DNA from: an uncultured archaeon
GTDB lineage: Archaea > Asgardarchaeota > Thorarchaeia > Thorarchaeales > Thorarchaeaceae
Reading direction: 5' to 3'
Assembly (NCBI GenBank): GCA_964354495.1
Contig: CAYHAA010000005.1
Location: forward strand, 150,001 to 182,000
DNA: 32,000 bases
The position numbers and the translations under genes are program-made. The notes below the pieces were generated by a model. The model saw only the letters and a program-made list of their open reading frames with translations. It was not told where the DNA came from and made no database searches. Each line of letters begins with the position of its first letter. The stretch's first letter is position 1. This document shows, piece after piece, positions 24,846-32,000 of this stretch.

Positions 24846-25184
24846 ATGACAGTTGATGAAATCATTGAATCCGTGAAGAAAAAAATCGAAGAGTTCCCTG
24901 AACCACACCGAAGTGAAGTACTAGACTTGTGGGACGAGTGGTTGGACACGAATCCCAAAAGCCCGCTGTACGTGAACTGGGCTGAGTTCTCATCTAGATT
25001 CGACGATCAGACTGTCTTATTTACGGAGAGGCGAGTCTTCTTGAAGCGAGTCAAGAATGAACTCAGGGAGCTCGAAGTCCCTCTGAAGGCGTGGCAGAAG
25101 GTGGCAAAAGGACTAGCTGCAGTTGCAAGTGTCTTTCTCATCATTTTCTTGGCAATATCCAGAGTGTTCCGTGTGACTGACTAG
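24846..25184 (+). CDS. Small tail-anchored membrane protein
   Basis: No signal peptide; a helical soluble N-terminus; one C-terminal TM (GLAAVASVFLIIFLAI) followed by SRVFRVTD. GAGGTG SD upstream. Confidence 0.75.
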   Translation: MTVDEIIESVKKKIEEFPEPHRSEVLDLWDEWLDTNPKSPLYVNWAEFSSRFDDQTVLFTERRVFLKRVKNELRELEVPLKAWQKVAKGLAAVASVFLIIFLAISRVFRVTD

Positions 25185-25258
25185 CCAACAAGCATGGGCT
25201 CTCGGTGCATCAGAGAAGTCAACTTATATCATGGAAGAACCACTAGCACCCGAAGGCA

Positions 25259-26755
25259 ATGGAAACACTTCTTGAATCAATCCCGAAATCTATGGCCAAA
25301 ATGCTCAACAAGGCAGTACAGGCAGTGAGGCAATCAAGCAGAACAATGGCCTTCTCACACATTGATGCCGATGGCATATCAGCTCTAGCAATTGTGGTCA
25401 CTACCCTAGAGCGGGAAAACAAACAGGCGGAGTGGAGGAATATCCATCAGATCAACTCCGAAACAATTGTCGAAATTCGTGATGAAATCGAGAAACACCA
25501 GCCTGACTTGGTCGTATTCAGTGATTTTGGGACTGGGCAGATTGATCTTCTAAGAAATCTGGTTGCTGACCTGGATTACATTGAGCACGCGATTGTGCTC
25601 GACCACCATCTGCCACAAGATGAGGAATCGGAGGGGACACATTCACTTGCGAGTCACAGGCTGATAGAGATTAATCCCTGTCATCATGGTATGAATGGCA
25701 GCTACGATGTATCAGGGGCAGGTGTGGCCTTTTTGCTGGCTCTATCCTTATCGACAGGAAACATCGACCTTGCGGAGCTAGCCATTGTCGGAGCTACCGG
25801 AGACCTGCAGGACTATTATGGAAAAGGTTTCTCGGGAATTAACAAGAAAATACTTGAATTGGGGGAAGATGCAGGGTACTTGAGAGTCACGAAGGATCTT
25901 ACATTCTTTGGAATCAATACACGTCCTTTGCCTTATCTCCTCCAGTATGCAACGGACCCGTATCTGCCAGGAATCACAGGCGACGAAGCAGCGTGCTTCA
26001 TGTTCTTTGAGGAACTCGGGATTTCATTGAAAGATAGGAATGACGAATGGCGGACCTGGGTTGATTTGGAATCTGATGAGAAGCAGCGAATCATCCAAAG
26101 ACTCATTCAAGTTGTAATAGAGTCCTACAGTGACCCCGTTATCGCCACCGGGCTCGTTGGTGACGTCGTGATTCTCACACGGCGACCGGAGAAGACTGAG
26201 ATGCGTAGTGCGAAGGAGTTCTCAACACTGTTGAATGCCTGCGGCCGAAACAAGCAACCGGAGGTGGGTGTCAAAGTCTGTCTAGGGGACTTTGAAGCAG
26301 TTGCCAACGGGAGATACTTGCTGCAGCAGCACAGACAGAATCTGGCGCAGTCTCTGAAACTCTTGGAGAATGGAGGATTTTTGACCATGCCAGGCTTCTA
26401 TCTTGTGAATGATCCTGAGATTCCTGATACTATCATTGGCGTTGTTATCGGTATGGCGCAAGGCTCACGAATAATCCCTATCGATAAGCCTGTCATCGGT
26501 GTTAGTTCAAACTCGTCGAATGACAGTCCTCTGGTCAAACTATCAGGACGTGCCCATAAGAATCTGGTCAAGAGAGGGATAAACCTCAAGGAAACTTTCG
26601 TTTCAGTCGCAGAGGACATGAACGAGAAATACGGAATCCTCGTAGCCGAGGCGGGAGGTCATCCGATGGCAGCAGGAGCTTTCATTCACAAAGACCATGT
26701 CGACGAGTTTCTGAAACTCTCCTCTCAACATATGGCTGAGGTTCTGAACAAGTGA
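25259..26755 (+). CDS. recJ: DHH-family RecJ/Cdc45-like nuclease (GAN type)
   Basis: HIDADG, SDFG, LDHH, GATGDLQD and DHHA1 GGHPMAAGA, with the long archaeal RecJ/Cdc45-type insertion (NTRPL...EKQRII). Confidence 0.9.
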   Translation: METLLESIPKSMAKMLNKAVQAVRQSSRTMAFSHIDADGISALAIVVTTLERENKQAEWRNIHQINSETIVEIRDEIEKHQPDLVVFSDFGTGQIDLLRNLVADLDYIEHAIVLDHHLPQDEESEGTHSLASHRLIEINPCHHGMNGSYDVSGAGVAFLLALSLSTGNIDLAELAIVGATGDLQDYYGKGFSGINKKILELGEDAGYLRVTKDLTFFGINTRPLPYLLQYATDPYLPGITGDEAACFMFFEELGISLKDRNDEWRTWVDLESDEKQRIIQRLIQVVIESYSDPVIATGLVGDVVILTRRPEKTEMRSAKEFSTLLNACGRNKQPEVGVKVCLGDFEAVANGRYLLQQHRQNLAQSLKLLENGGFLTMPGFYLVNDPEIPDTIIGVVIGMAQGSRIIPIDKPVIGVSSNSSNDSPLVKLSGRAHKNLVKRGINLKETFVSVAEDMNEKYGILVAEAGGHPMAAGAFIHKDHVDEFLKLSSQHMAEVLNK

Positions 26756-26761
26756 AGCAAC

Positions 26762-26794
26762 AAAAAGGGATAATGGGGGGATGACCCCCAATCC
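26762..26794 (-). terminator. Hairpin plus T-tract between convergent genes
   Basis: GGAT-(AA)-TGGGGG-GATGA-CCCCCA-ATCC. AAAAA at 26762-26766 reads as a T-tract after the stem on the minus strand. Confidence 0.55.
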
Positions 26795-26811
26795 AGGTCG
26801 TGATTCTGCGA

Positions 26812-27273
26812 CTAATAGTCTTCTGCAGTCAGTGATGCGCCAATAATCCCGGGTATGAAAAGCAGACCAAAGGAAACGCCAAGGTCGATAATGTTGTTAC
26901 GGGCCACATTGAACATCTCGGAGAAGTTGGCCGGATCGCCAAGGTATGTCAGGATGTAAAAACCCAGGAAGAAGAGCACCATCGCAATGATCGATGCAAA
27001 GAGCATTCTTACACCGCTCTTTGAGATTAGTCCTGCAATGAACCCGGCTACACCTAGGGCAACAAGCGGGGCATAGACTCCAGCCTGGGCTGTCGTGTAC
27101 GGGAATAGTAGTGAGGCAAACAGAGTGCCGCCCATGACCTTTAGGTCGCCAGTAATGTCGCCACTACCAATGATGGCCTGAATAGTTGCAAGGTCTAGGT
27201 TCAATATCTGAAAGGCTCCAATCAAGATGGCTGTCACTAGAGCAATCAACAGTGCAGTAATGGTTCGAAACAT
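26812..27273 (-). CDS. Four-TM membrane hypothetical protein
   Basis: Likely ATG at 27273 (MFRTITALL), because the ORF-track start at 27351 overlaps the Nudix gene. Contains GxxxG-rich helices (GVAGFIAGLIS). Confidence 0.75.
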   Translation of the reverse strand: MFRTITALLIALVTAILIGAFQILNLDLATIQAIIGSGDITGDLKVMGGTLFASLLFPYTTAQAGVYAPLVALGVAGFIAGLISKSGVRMLFASIIAMVLFFLGFYILTYLGDPANFSEMFNVARNNIIDLGVSFGLLFIPGIIGASLTAEDY

Positions 27274-27335
27274 TGTATTCAACACGTCCTTTTGTAGAGG
27301 GTTAGATATTGTATCAAATAGCAGTACGGGGATTC

Positions 27336-27824
27336 TTATATTCCTTGGCAATCTGATGGGATTACATTCGGCGTTTTCATATCTTTCATGAGCGACAATA
27401 TCCTCAATCGGTGAGACTTGATGAGTGCCTCAATTCCTGAGCTAGCCATATCAGGAGGCAATCTGTCAGGATGAAACCATCCAACCTCACCATCAGAATA
27501 CTCAGGTTTCGTTTTTTCGGTGACAGCATGAGCGACGTAGTGGTTCAATAGGAAGTGAAACTCGATAGCTCCCTTGTCATCCTTGGTTATGAGATCGGAA
27601 GTACCTATGAGCTCGAGAACCTCGCACTTGACTCCAGTTTCCTCTTCGACTTCTCTTTTTACGGATTCCATCTGTGTTTCCCCAAGCTCCAAACCGCCAC
27701 CAGGGATACTCCAGAGCCCTTTCCCGGGGGCTTTGTCTCTTCGAGCTAAGAGAACCCCTTGAGAACCAACAACGACCGCACCTACTCCGGGAATGGGATG
27801 AGAGGGGTACCTTCGGTCACTCAT
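27336..27824 (-). CDS. Nudix hydrolase (ADP-ribose pyrophosphatase/MutT-like)
   Basis: Nudix box GGLELGETQMESVKREVEEETGV, preceded by GLWSIPG. Confidence 0.92.
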   Translation of the reverse strand: MSDRRYPSHPIPGVGAVVVGSQGVLLARRDKAPGKGLWSIPGGGLELGETQMESVKREVEEETGVKCEVLELIGTSDLITKDDKGAIEFHFLLNHYVAHAVTEKTKPEYSDGEVGWFHPDRLPPDMASSGIEALIKSHRLRILSLMKDMKTPNVIPSDCQGI

Positions 27825-27839
27825 ATCTCACTCATCTCA

Positions 27840-29024
27840 TTAGTCATAAGGCAGGCCAGCTGGCATATAGACTACCGAGCCGCAGGTTTCGCAGAACTTG
27901 TCTGCACAGATGTCGAATCCTGAGGGAGTACTATATGGAACGCGTGTCTCAGTCTTGCAGCTTGGACATCTAGTTTTCACGTAACCCCTCAGTTCAAAGA
28001 CTCTCCTCCATGCATTCCGGGCGTGCTCAATCTTTCCTCTGCGGTCGTATTCTTTTGCTAGAGTGACCCAAGGAGCTGCAGCATTCTTGTCAGCATTAGT
28101 CCATCGGATTAGACAATCTAGGTATTCATCCCACTTCCCGAGGTATGGATATGCACCACAGAGCCCTCTCCAAGACTCCGGGTCATTGCCAAGTTCCATT
28201 TCAGCACGACCAAGATGCTCCCTGCACACCTTGTCATCACGTGAGTTGTGAGCAATTACAGCAATCCTAGAAAGAGCTTCAATGTTCTTCGGATCTCTAT
28301 CTAGCACTTTTCTGAAGCATTCAAGCGCGCCTTCATGGTCACCTGATTGAAATCGGAGTTCGCCCAAGAGAATCAGAGACCTATAGTCATCAGAACTCAT
28401 GGTGTTCGCATAACCCACGAAGGGAGCTGCCTCGAATGAACGTTCTTGAAGCAATAATATGTATGCGTAATTTGACACTGCAGTCATGAGTTTCGGCTCA
28501 AGAGCATGGACTCGAGCCCACTCCTTTGTCGCTGCTGTGAAGTCCCCAAGACGATACAGTGTCAAGGCATGCAGGAAAATAGAACTGATATCGTCAGGGA
28601 ACTTTGCAGCAGCTACTTCCAAATGCTCCAGAGCCTGACGATACTCACGTTTCTGGAGATAGATTCGCCCAATGTCTGCCCATGGCTCAGGCTGAGTCGA
28701 ATCAAGTCGTAATGCCTCCTGGATGTGCTCTTCTGCTGATGTCACCTTGCCCAAAGCCCAGAGAGCTCGGCCAAGAAACAGCTCAACAACATAGTGTTGT
28801 TCGACGAGCTCATCAGCGCGATAGAGTACCTCTACAGCCTTTTCAGGCATCTCAGCCTGCACGTATGCAATTCCAAGATAGACAAGCGCATCAACATCCT
28901 CGTCATCGTATTCAACAACAGGCTCCAATGCAGCAATGGCATCTTTCGGCCGACACTCCTCCAGAGCCCGTTTTGCAGATTCGAGAACCTTTTCAGACAC
29001 GGCGTGATGCTTCCCCATTGTCAT
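27840..29024 (-). CDS. TPR-repeat protein with a C-terminal Zn ribbon
   Basis: Repeated TPR helices (ALVYLGIAY...A...L; PWADIGRIY; SLILLGELRF...A) and C-terminal CPSC-x22-CETC. Confidence 0.88.
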   Translation of the reverse strand: MTMGKHHAVSEKVLESAKRALEECRPKDAIAALEPVVEYDDEDVDALVYLGIAYVQAEMPEKAVEVLYRADELVEQHYVVELFLGRALWALGKVTSAEEHIQEALRLDSTQPEPWADIGRIYLQKREYRQALEHLEVAAAKFPDDISSIFLHALTLYRLGDFTAATKEWARVHALEPKLMTAVSNYAYILLLQERSFEAAPFVGYANTMSSDDYRSLILLGELRFQSGDHEGALECFRKVLDRDPKNIEALSRIAVIAHNSRDDKVCREHLGRAEMELGNDPESWRGLCGAYPYLGKWDEYLDCLIRWTNADKNAAAPWVTLAKEYDRRGKIEHARNAWRRVFELRGYVKTRCPSCKTETRVPYSTPSGFDICADKFCETCGSVVYMPAGLPYD

Positions 29025-29046
29025 TTGGCGTGCAAGAGTGCCAGCA

Positions 29047-29058
29047 TTTTATTATAAG
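29047..29058. promoter_or_regulatory. Probable shared bidirectional TATA element
   Basis: TTTTATTATAAG is centred in a 57-bp divergent gap, about 23 nt from each start codon, which fits leaderless transcripts on both strands. Confidence 0.5.
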
Positions 29059-29081
29059 TAGACATTGATAGGGGAAAAACC

Positions 29082-29918
29082 ATGAAACGAAAGGAATATG
29101 CCACACCATTCCCGATGCTCCATGCTGCCAGCTTGCTTAGTCACAGATCGCGCATACGAAAATTCCGAGAGGCGATAGGAAGGGTCGTCAAGACCAACGA
29201 CCGCGTGATTGACCTTGGTACAGGAAGCGGTATCCTTGCCATCCTAGCTGCAAAACAAGGAGCAAGGGTCACAGCCATCGATGTAAACCAGGACTCATTG
29301 GCATATGCTAGAGAGGCGGCGAGACAGAATGGCGTCGCAGACAGAATTGAATTCGTGCATTCCCACTTTGCAGACTTCTCAATAGGCAAACGAGCAGACG
29401 TTGTTATTTGTGAGATGCTCTCTTCAATGATGCTCATTGAGCAGCAGGTATCCGCAAGTAGTTATGCAGTTGAACACCTCCTGAAGCCCTCGGGGCATAT
29501 CATTCCAGAGGAAGTTCGCATATTCGTGGTCCCTGTTCAGAATGAGATTCAATGGAATAGGTTTCAGATCGATGATTTGTCTTTTCCGAGAGTGCCTCAA
29601 ACAGTAGAACGGGGCCAGAGTGTGGACCTCGCGGACCTGCTGGAGCTCGCATGTTTTGACCTGACGATACCGAATCCCGCTGCGAAAGTAGACAGAACAC
29701 TCGACTTTAGAATCGTACAGACCGGAATAGTGCATGGACTCGTTGGCATGTTCGAGTGTAGACTGGACAGCGAAACGATTCTGACTATGGGCGACGGGTG
29801 GAGAGAACTATTCCTGCCACTGCCCAAACCTATTGGCATGAAAGCAGGACAGACTCTCAGCGTAAGAGTTGCATTCAGACCTGGTCAATACGACTCACTA
29901 TTGCTGCAGACTCACTAG
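29082..29918 (+). CDS. Class I SAM methyltransferase, protein arginine methyltransferase (PRMT)-like
   Basis: VIDLGTGSG, VTAID, double-E loop ICE111MLSSMMLIE120, LKPSGHIIP, and a beta-barrel end VHGLVGMF...GWRELFLPL. Confidence 0.8.
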   Translation: MKRKEYATPFPMLHAASLLSHRSRIRKFREAIGRVVKTNDRVIDLGTGSGILAILAAKQGARVTAIDVNQDSLAYAREAARQNGVADRIEFVHSHFADFSIGKRADVVICEMLSSMMLIEQQVSASSYAVEHLLKPSGHIIPEEVRIFVVPVQNEIQWNRFQIDDLSFPRVPQTVERGQSVDLADLLELACFDLTIPNPAAKVDRTLDFRIVQTGIVHGLVGMFECRLDSETILTMGDGWRELFLPLPKPIGMKAGQTLSVRVAFRPGQYDSLLLQTH

Positions 29919-29920
29919 AT

Positions 29921-30235
29921 CTATCCTGTCGCTTTGCGTTCCATCGGTTGAGACCTGTCTAGCTCAAAGACTACTGGGTTCTTGGAGTCAGGACATGCAT
30001 GAAGTTCCTTGCACTGGTCCTGCAACCAAGGGAAGTAAGCATTGTGCATCATTGCATAGACAACTGGAAGCATTGTGAAGAGCGCATTGATGCAAATGTC
30101 GCCTCTAACACCATAATAGTCAAACTCAATGACATCGCCGACCTTGTGACCAAGTGGGCAATGGCCCTGCTGACTTATGACACGTGCTGTAACCTTACGC
30201 GGTTCCTTTCCGATACACTTCTCTTTGTGTGCCAT
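29921..30235 (-). CDS. TIGR04076 family protein
   Basis: GHCPLGHKVGD, ICINAL, FPW and CPDSKNPVVFEL. Confidence 0.85.
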   Translation of the reverse strand: MAHKEKCIGKEPRKVTARVISQQGHCPLGHKVGDVIEFDYYGVRGDICINALFTMLPVVYAMMHNAYFPWLQDQCKELHACPDSKNPVVFELDRSQPMERKATG

Positions 30236-30350
30236 CTGAATCGTTTCTTGATGTAGACAGGAGCCATATTACTGTTTTTGAAGCATGGTATACAGAAAGA
30301 GTCACACTTTTATCGAAGTCTTTCAGAATTGGATACGGTGGCAAATAACT

Positions 30351-31016
30351 ATGGAGCTGAAAGGTCCACTCTGTTATGTGCTTGATTTTGATGATATCTA
30401 TGACTATGCATACCAGACCGCCATAAGGGTGAAGGCGTCAGAATGGAAACCTGATGTCATTGTCGGAATTGCCAGAGGTGGCTGGGTTCATGCAAGAATC
30501 GCTTGTGATCTCCTAGGGGTCAAGGATCTCTATTCGGTAAAGATTGATCACTGGGGAGTCACGGCAACAAAAGATGGAAGAGCAAAACTGACCTGCCCTC
30601 TGACTGTAGATGTCGCTGGAAAAAGGGTTCTTGTCGTTGATGACATCACAGATACAGGAGAGAGCCTTACGATGGCAGTCAATCACGTCAAGGAGTGTGG
30701 ACCACGTGAGGTGAAGAGTGCAACGCTCATGCATATTGCAGGCTCCAAGTTCGTGCCGGACTATTTCGGCGTTGAGGTCACCTGGGCATGGGAAATATGG
30801 CCATGGAACTTCTATGAAGACCTATCTTCACTCATTATGAAGATCTTCGAGGGAGAGAAGGTGAACGAGATGAGCACTCTGGAACTGAAGAAGCATCTCA
30901 GAGAATACAATAACATTGTGCTCTCTGATGATCAGCTCTCCAAGATCAAGGCGCATATGGGATACCTCGACAAAATTGTTTATCCGCTTGACAAAGCCTG
31001 GAGAAAGAAGAAGTGA
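30351..31016 (+). CDS. Type I purine phosphoribosyltransferase (archaeal HGXPRT-like)
   Basis: IVGIARGG and PRPP loop VLVVDDITDTGESL. Likely ATG at 30351; the ORF track starts at 30285. Confidence 0.9.
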   Translation: MELKGPLCYVLDFDDIYDYAYQTAIRVKASEWKPDVIVGIARGGWVHARIACDLLGVKDLYSVKIDHWGVTATKDGRAKLTCPLTVDVAGKRVLVVDDITDTGESLTMAVNHVKECGPREVKSATLMHIAGSKFVPDYFGVEVTWAWEIWPWNFYEDLSSLIMKIFEGEKVNEMSTLELKKHLREYNNIVLSDDQLSKIKAHMGYLDKIVYPLDKAWRKKK

Positions 31017-31028
31017 GGATGAGTAACA

Positions 31029-31889
31029 ATGGCGCTCGAAGTTAAGCTATCTGCTGTACCAGTAGACAGAAGCAAATCTAAGGCAATGCAAGACCTTCTT
31101 CCAATTGAAATAGGTATGTTCGGTGGGAGTGGCAACTACGATTCCAAAGTCATAGAAGACCCAATAGAAGTGAAAGTCTATACACCCTACGGAGCGCCAT
31201 CAGACAACTTCGTTCTTGGAACTGTGAAGGGGCGCACTTTTGCATTCCTAGCAAGGCACGGCCGTACACATACGATTCCGCCTCATGCTATCAACTACAG
31301 AGCGAACATCTGGGGAATGAAAGCCCTTGGTGTCAAGAGGATACTGAGCCCTGCGGCAGCAGGAAGCCTCCAGCCAAACAAGGTCAAACTGGGTGAGTTC
31401 GTCATCGCAGACCAGCTCTTCGATAGAACTTTCGGAGTCAGGAAAGACACATTCTTCGAAGGAGGGACAATTGCACATCTTACCTTTGCAGAGCCATTCT
31501 GTCCTGAGTTGAGGAGGATTGCGGCTGAGACTGCAAACGAGATAGGGTTCAAGATTCATGACAGAGGAACATATGTCTGCATCAATGGTCCGAGATTTTC
31601 AACCAGAGCTGAGTCAATGTTCTTCCATAATCAGGGCTGGGATGTTATTGGAATGACGGCATACCCTGAAGCGGCGCTTGCCCGCGAGGTAGGTATCTGC
31701 TTCGTGAACATCTCCATGCCAACAGACTACGATGTCCATGGGGATGAAGTTGTCACGCACGAACTTGTCCTCAAGACCATGGCAAAGAATGTAGAGCGTG
31801 TAAGGAAGCTGACCTTCGAGATGATTGCCCGAATTCCGAAGGACGCCGGATGTGACTGTCAGACGGCTATGAAGAATGGTGTCTTCTAG
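31029..31889 (+). CDS. mtnP: S-methyl-5'-thioadenosine phosphorylase
   Basis: GMFGGSG, FLARHG, NYRANIW, GPRFSTRAES, IGMT and MTAP-type TDYD. Confidence 0.92.
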   Translation: MALEVKLSAVPVDRSKSKAMQDLLPIEIGMFGGSGNYDSKVIEDPIEVKVYTPYGAPSDNFVLGTVKGRTFAFLARHGRTHTIPPHAINYRANIWGMKALGVKRILSPAAAGSLQPNKVKLGEFVIADQLFDRTFGVRKDTFFEGGTIAHLTFAEPFCPELRRIAAETANEIGFKIHDRGTYVCINGPRFSTRAESMFFHNQGWDVIGMTAYPEAALAREVGICFVNISMPTDYDVHGDEVVTHELVLKTMAKNVERVRKLTFEMIARIPKDAGCDCQTAMKNGVF

Positions 31890-31929
31890 GAAACCGAAGA
31901 AGTCAAAGCATGAATTGACACACTCTGAA

Positions 31930-32000
31930 ATGGTGTCTTCATCTATGCGAATTGCAGTTGGCCAGATGGCTCCTTTGATTGCCAATGTGAAAGAGAATTT
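31930..32000 (+). CDS. Partial gene (runs off window end): probable carbon-nitrogen hydrolase (nitrilase superfamily)
   Basis: From ATG 31930/31945 my translation is (MVSSS)MRIAVGQMAPLIANVKEN..., which matches the typical nitrilase-family first strand. Only about 19 codons are visible. Confidence 0.55.
   Translation, partial: MVSSSMRIAVGQMAPLIANVKEN

Noticed and set aside
27815-27842. Short imperfect tandem repeat (GAGATGAGT/GAGATATGAGT on the minus strand) at the TPR-Nudix junction
   Set aside because: Only two short copies, and two in-frame stops (TAA, TGA) rule out a fusion. Most simply an SD-containing spacer.
463-31985. Numerous 60-155 aa ORFs overlapping the long genes on the opposite strand or in another frame (e.g. 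16560-16889, 22386-22766, 28604-29068, 31614-31985)
   Set aside because: Each is fully or largely overlapped by a well-supported CDS and shows no motifs, so they are treated as shadow ORFs.
1-32000. tRNA, rRNA, CRISPR arrays, IS elements and proviral genes
   Set aside because: T-loop-like strings (e.g. GTTCGATT near 11917, GGTTCGAA near 27262) lie inside CDSs with no cloverleaf. I saw no regularly spaced repeats and no transposase, integrase or capsid motifs.

Overview
Gene-dense archaeal chromosomal window with about 36 CDS and two partial genes at the edges. I found no rRNA, tRNA, CRISPR array, transposase or integrase. The archaeal assignment rests on recognisable families: NreA with a PIP box, EndoQ, a COG1202/ASH-Ski2-type helicase, RecJ/GAN, DUF131, TIGR04076 and MTAP. 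An Asgard origin (most likely Thorarchaeia) is an inference from the unusual hypothetical proteins and eukaryote-like domains, not a measured result. Most genes serve housekeeping roles in DNA repair, RNA processing, purine salvage and metabolite clean-up, with several unannotated proteins among them. The best candidate for something new is the 174-aa protein at 24130-24654: a long N-terminal coiled coil, an Ala-rich linker, and a C-terminal region that aligns almost without gaps to the ESCRT-I Vps28 C-terminal four-helix bundle. It lies outside any ESCRT cluster and next to a tail-anchored protein. Other leads are a PRMT-like methyltransferase sharing a 57-bp bidirectional promoter with a TPR/Zn-ribbon protein, an EndoQ translationally coupled to a lone OB-fold protein, an orphan HerA-like ATPase with a charged helical stalk, a membrane-anchored metzincin, and a run of unknown genes upstream of the helicase. 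All family calls come from motif recognition and remembered reference sequences; no searches were run.
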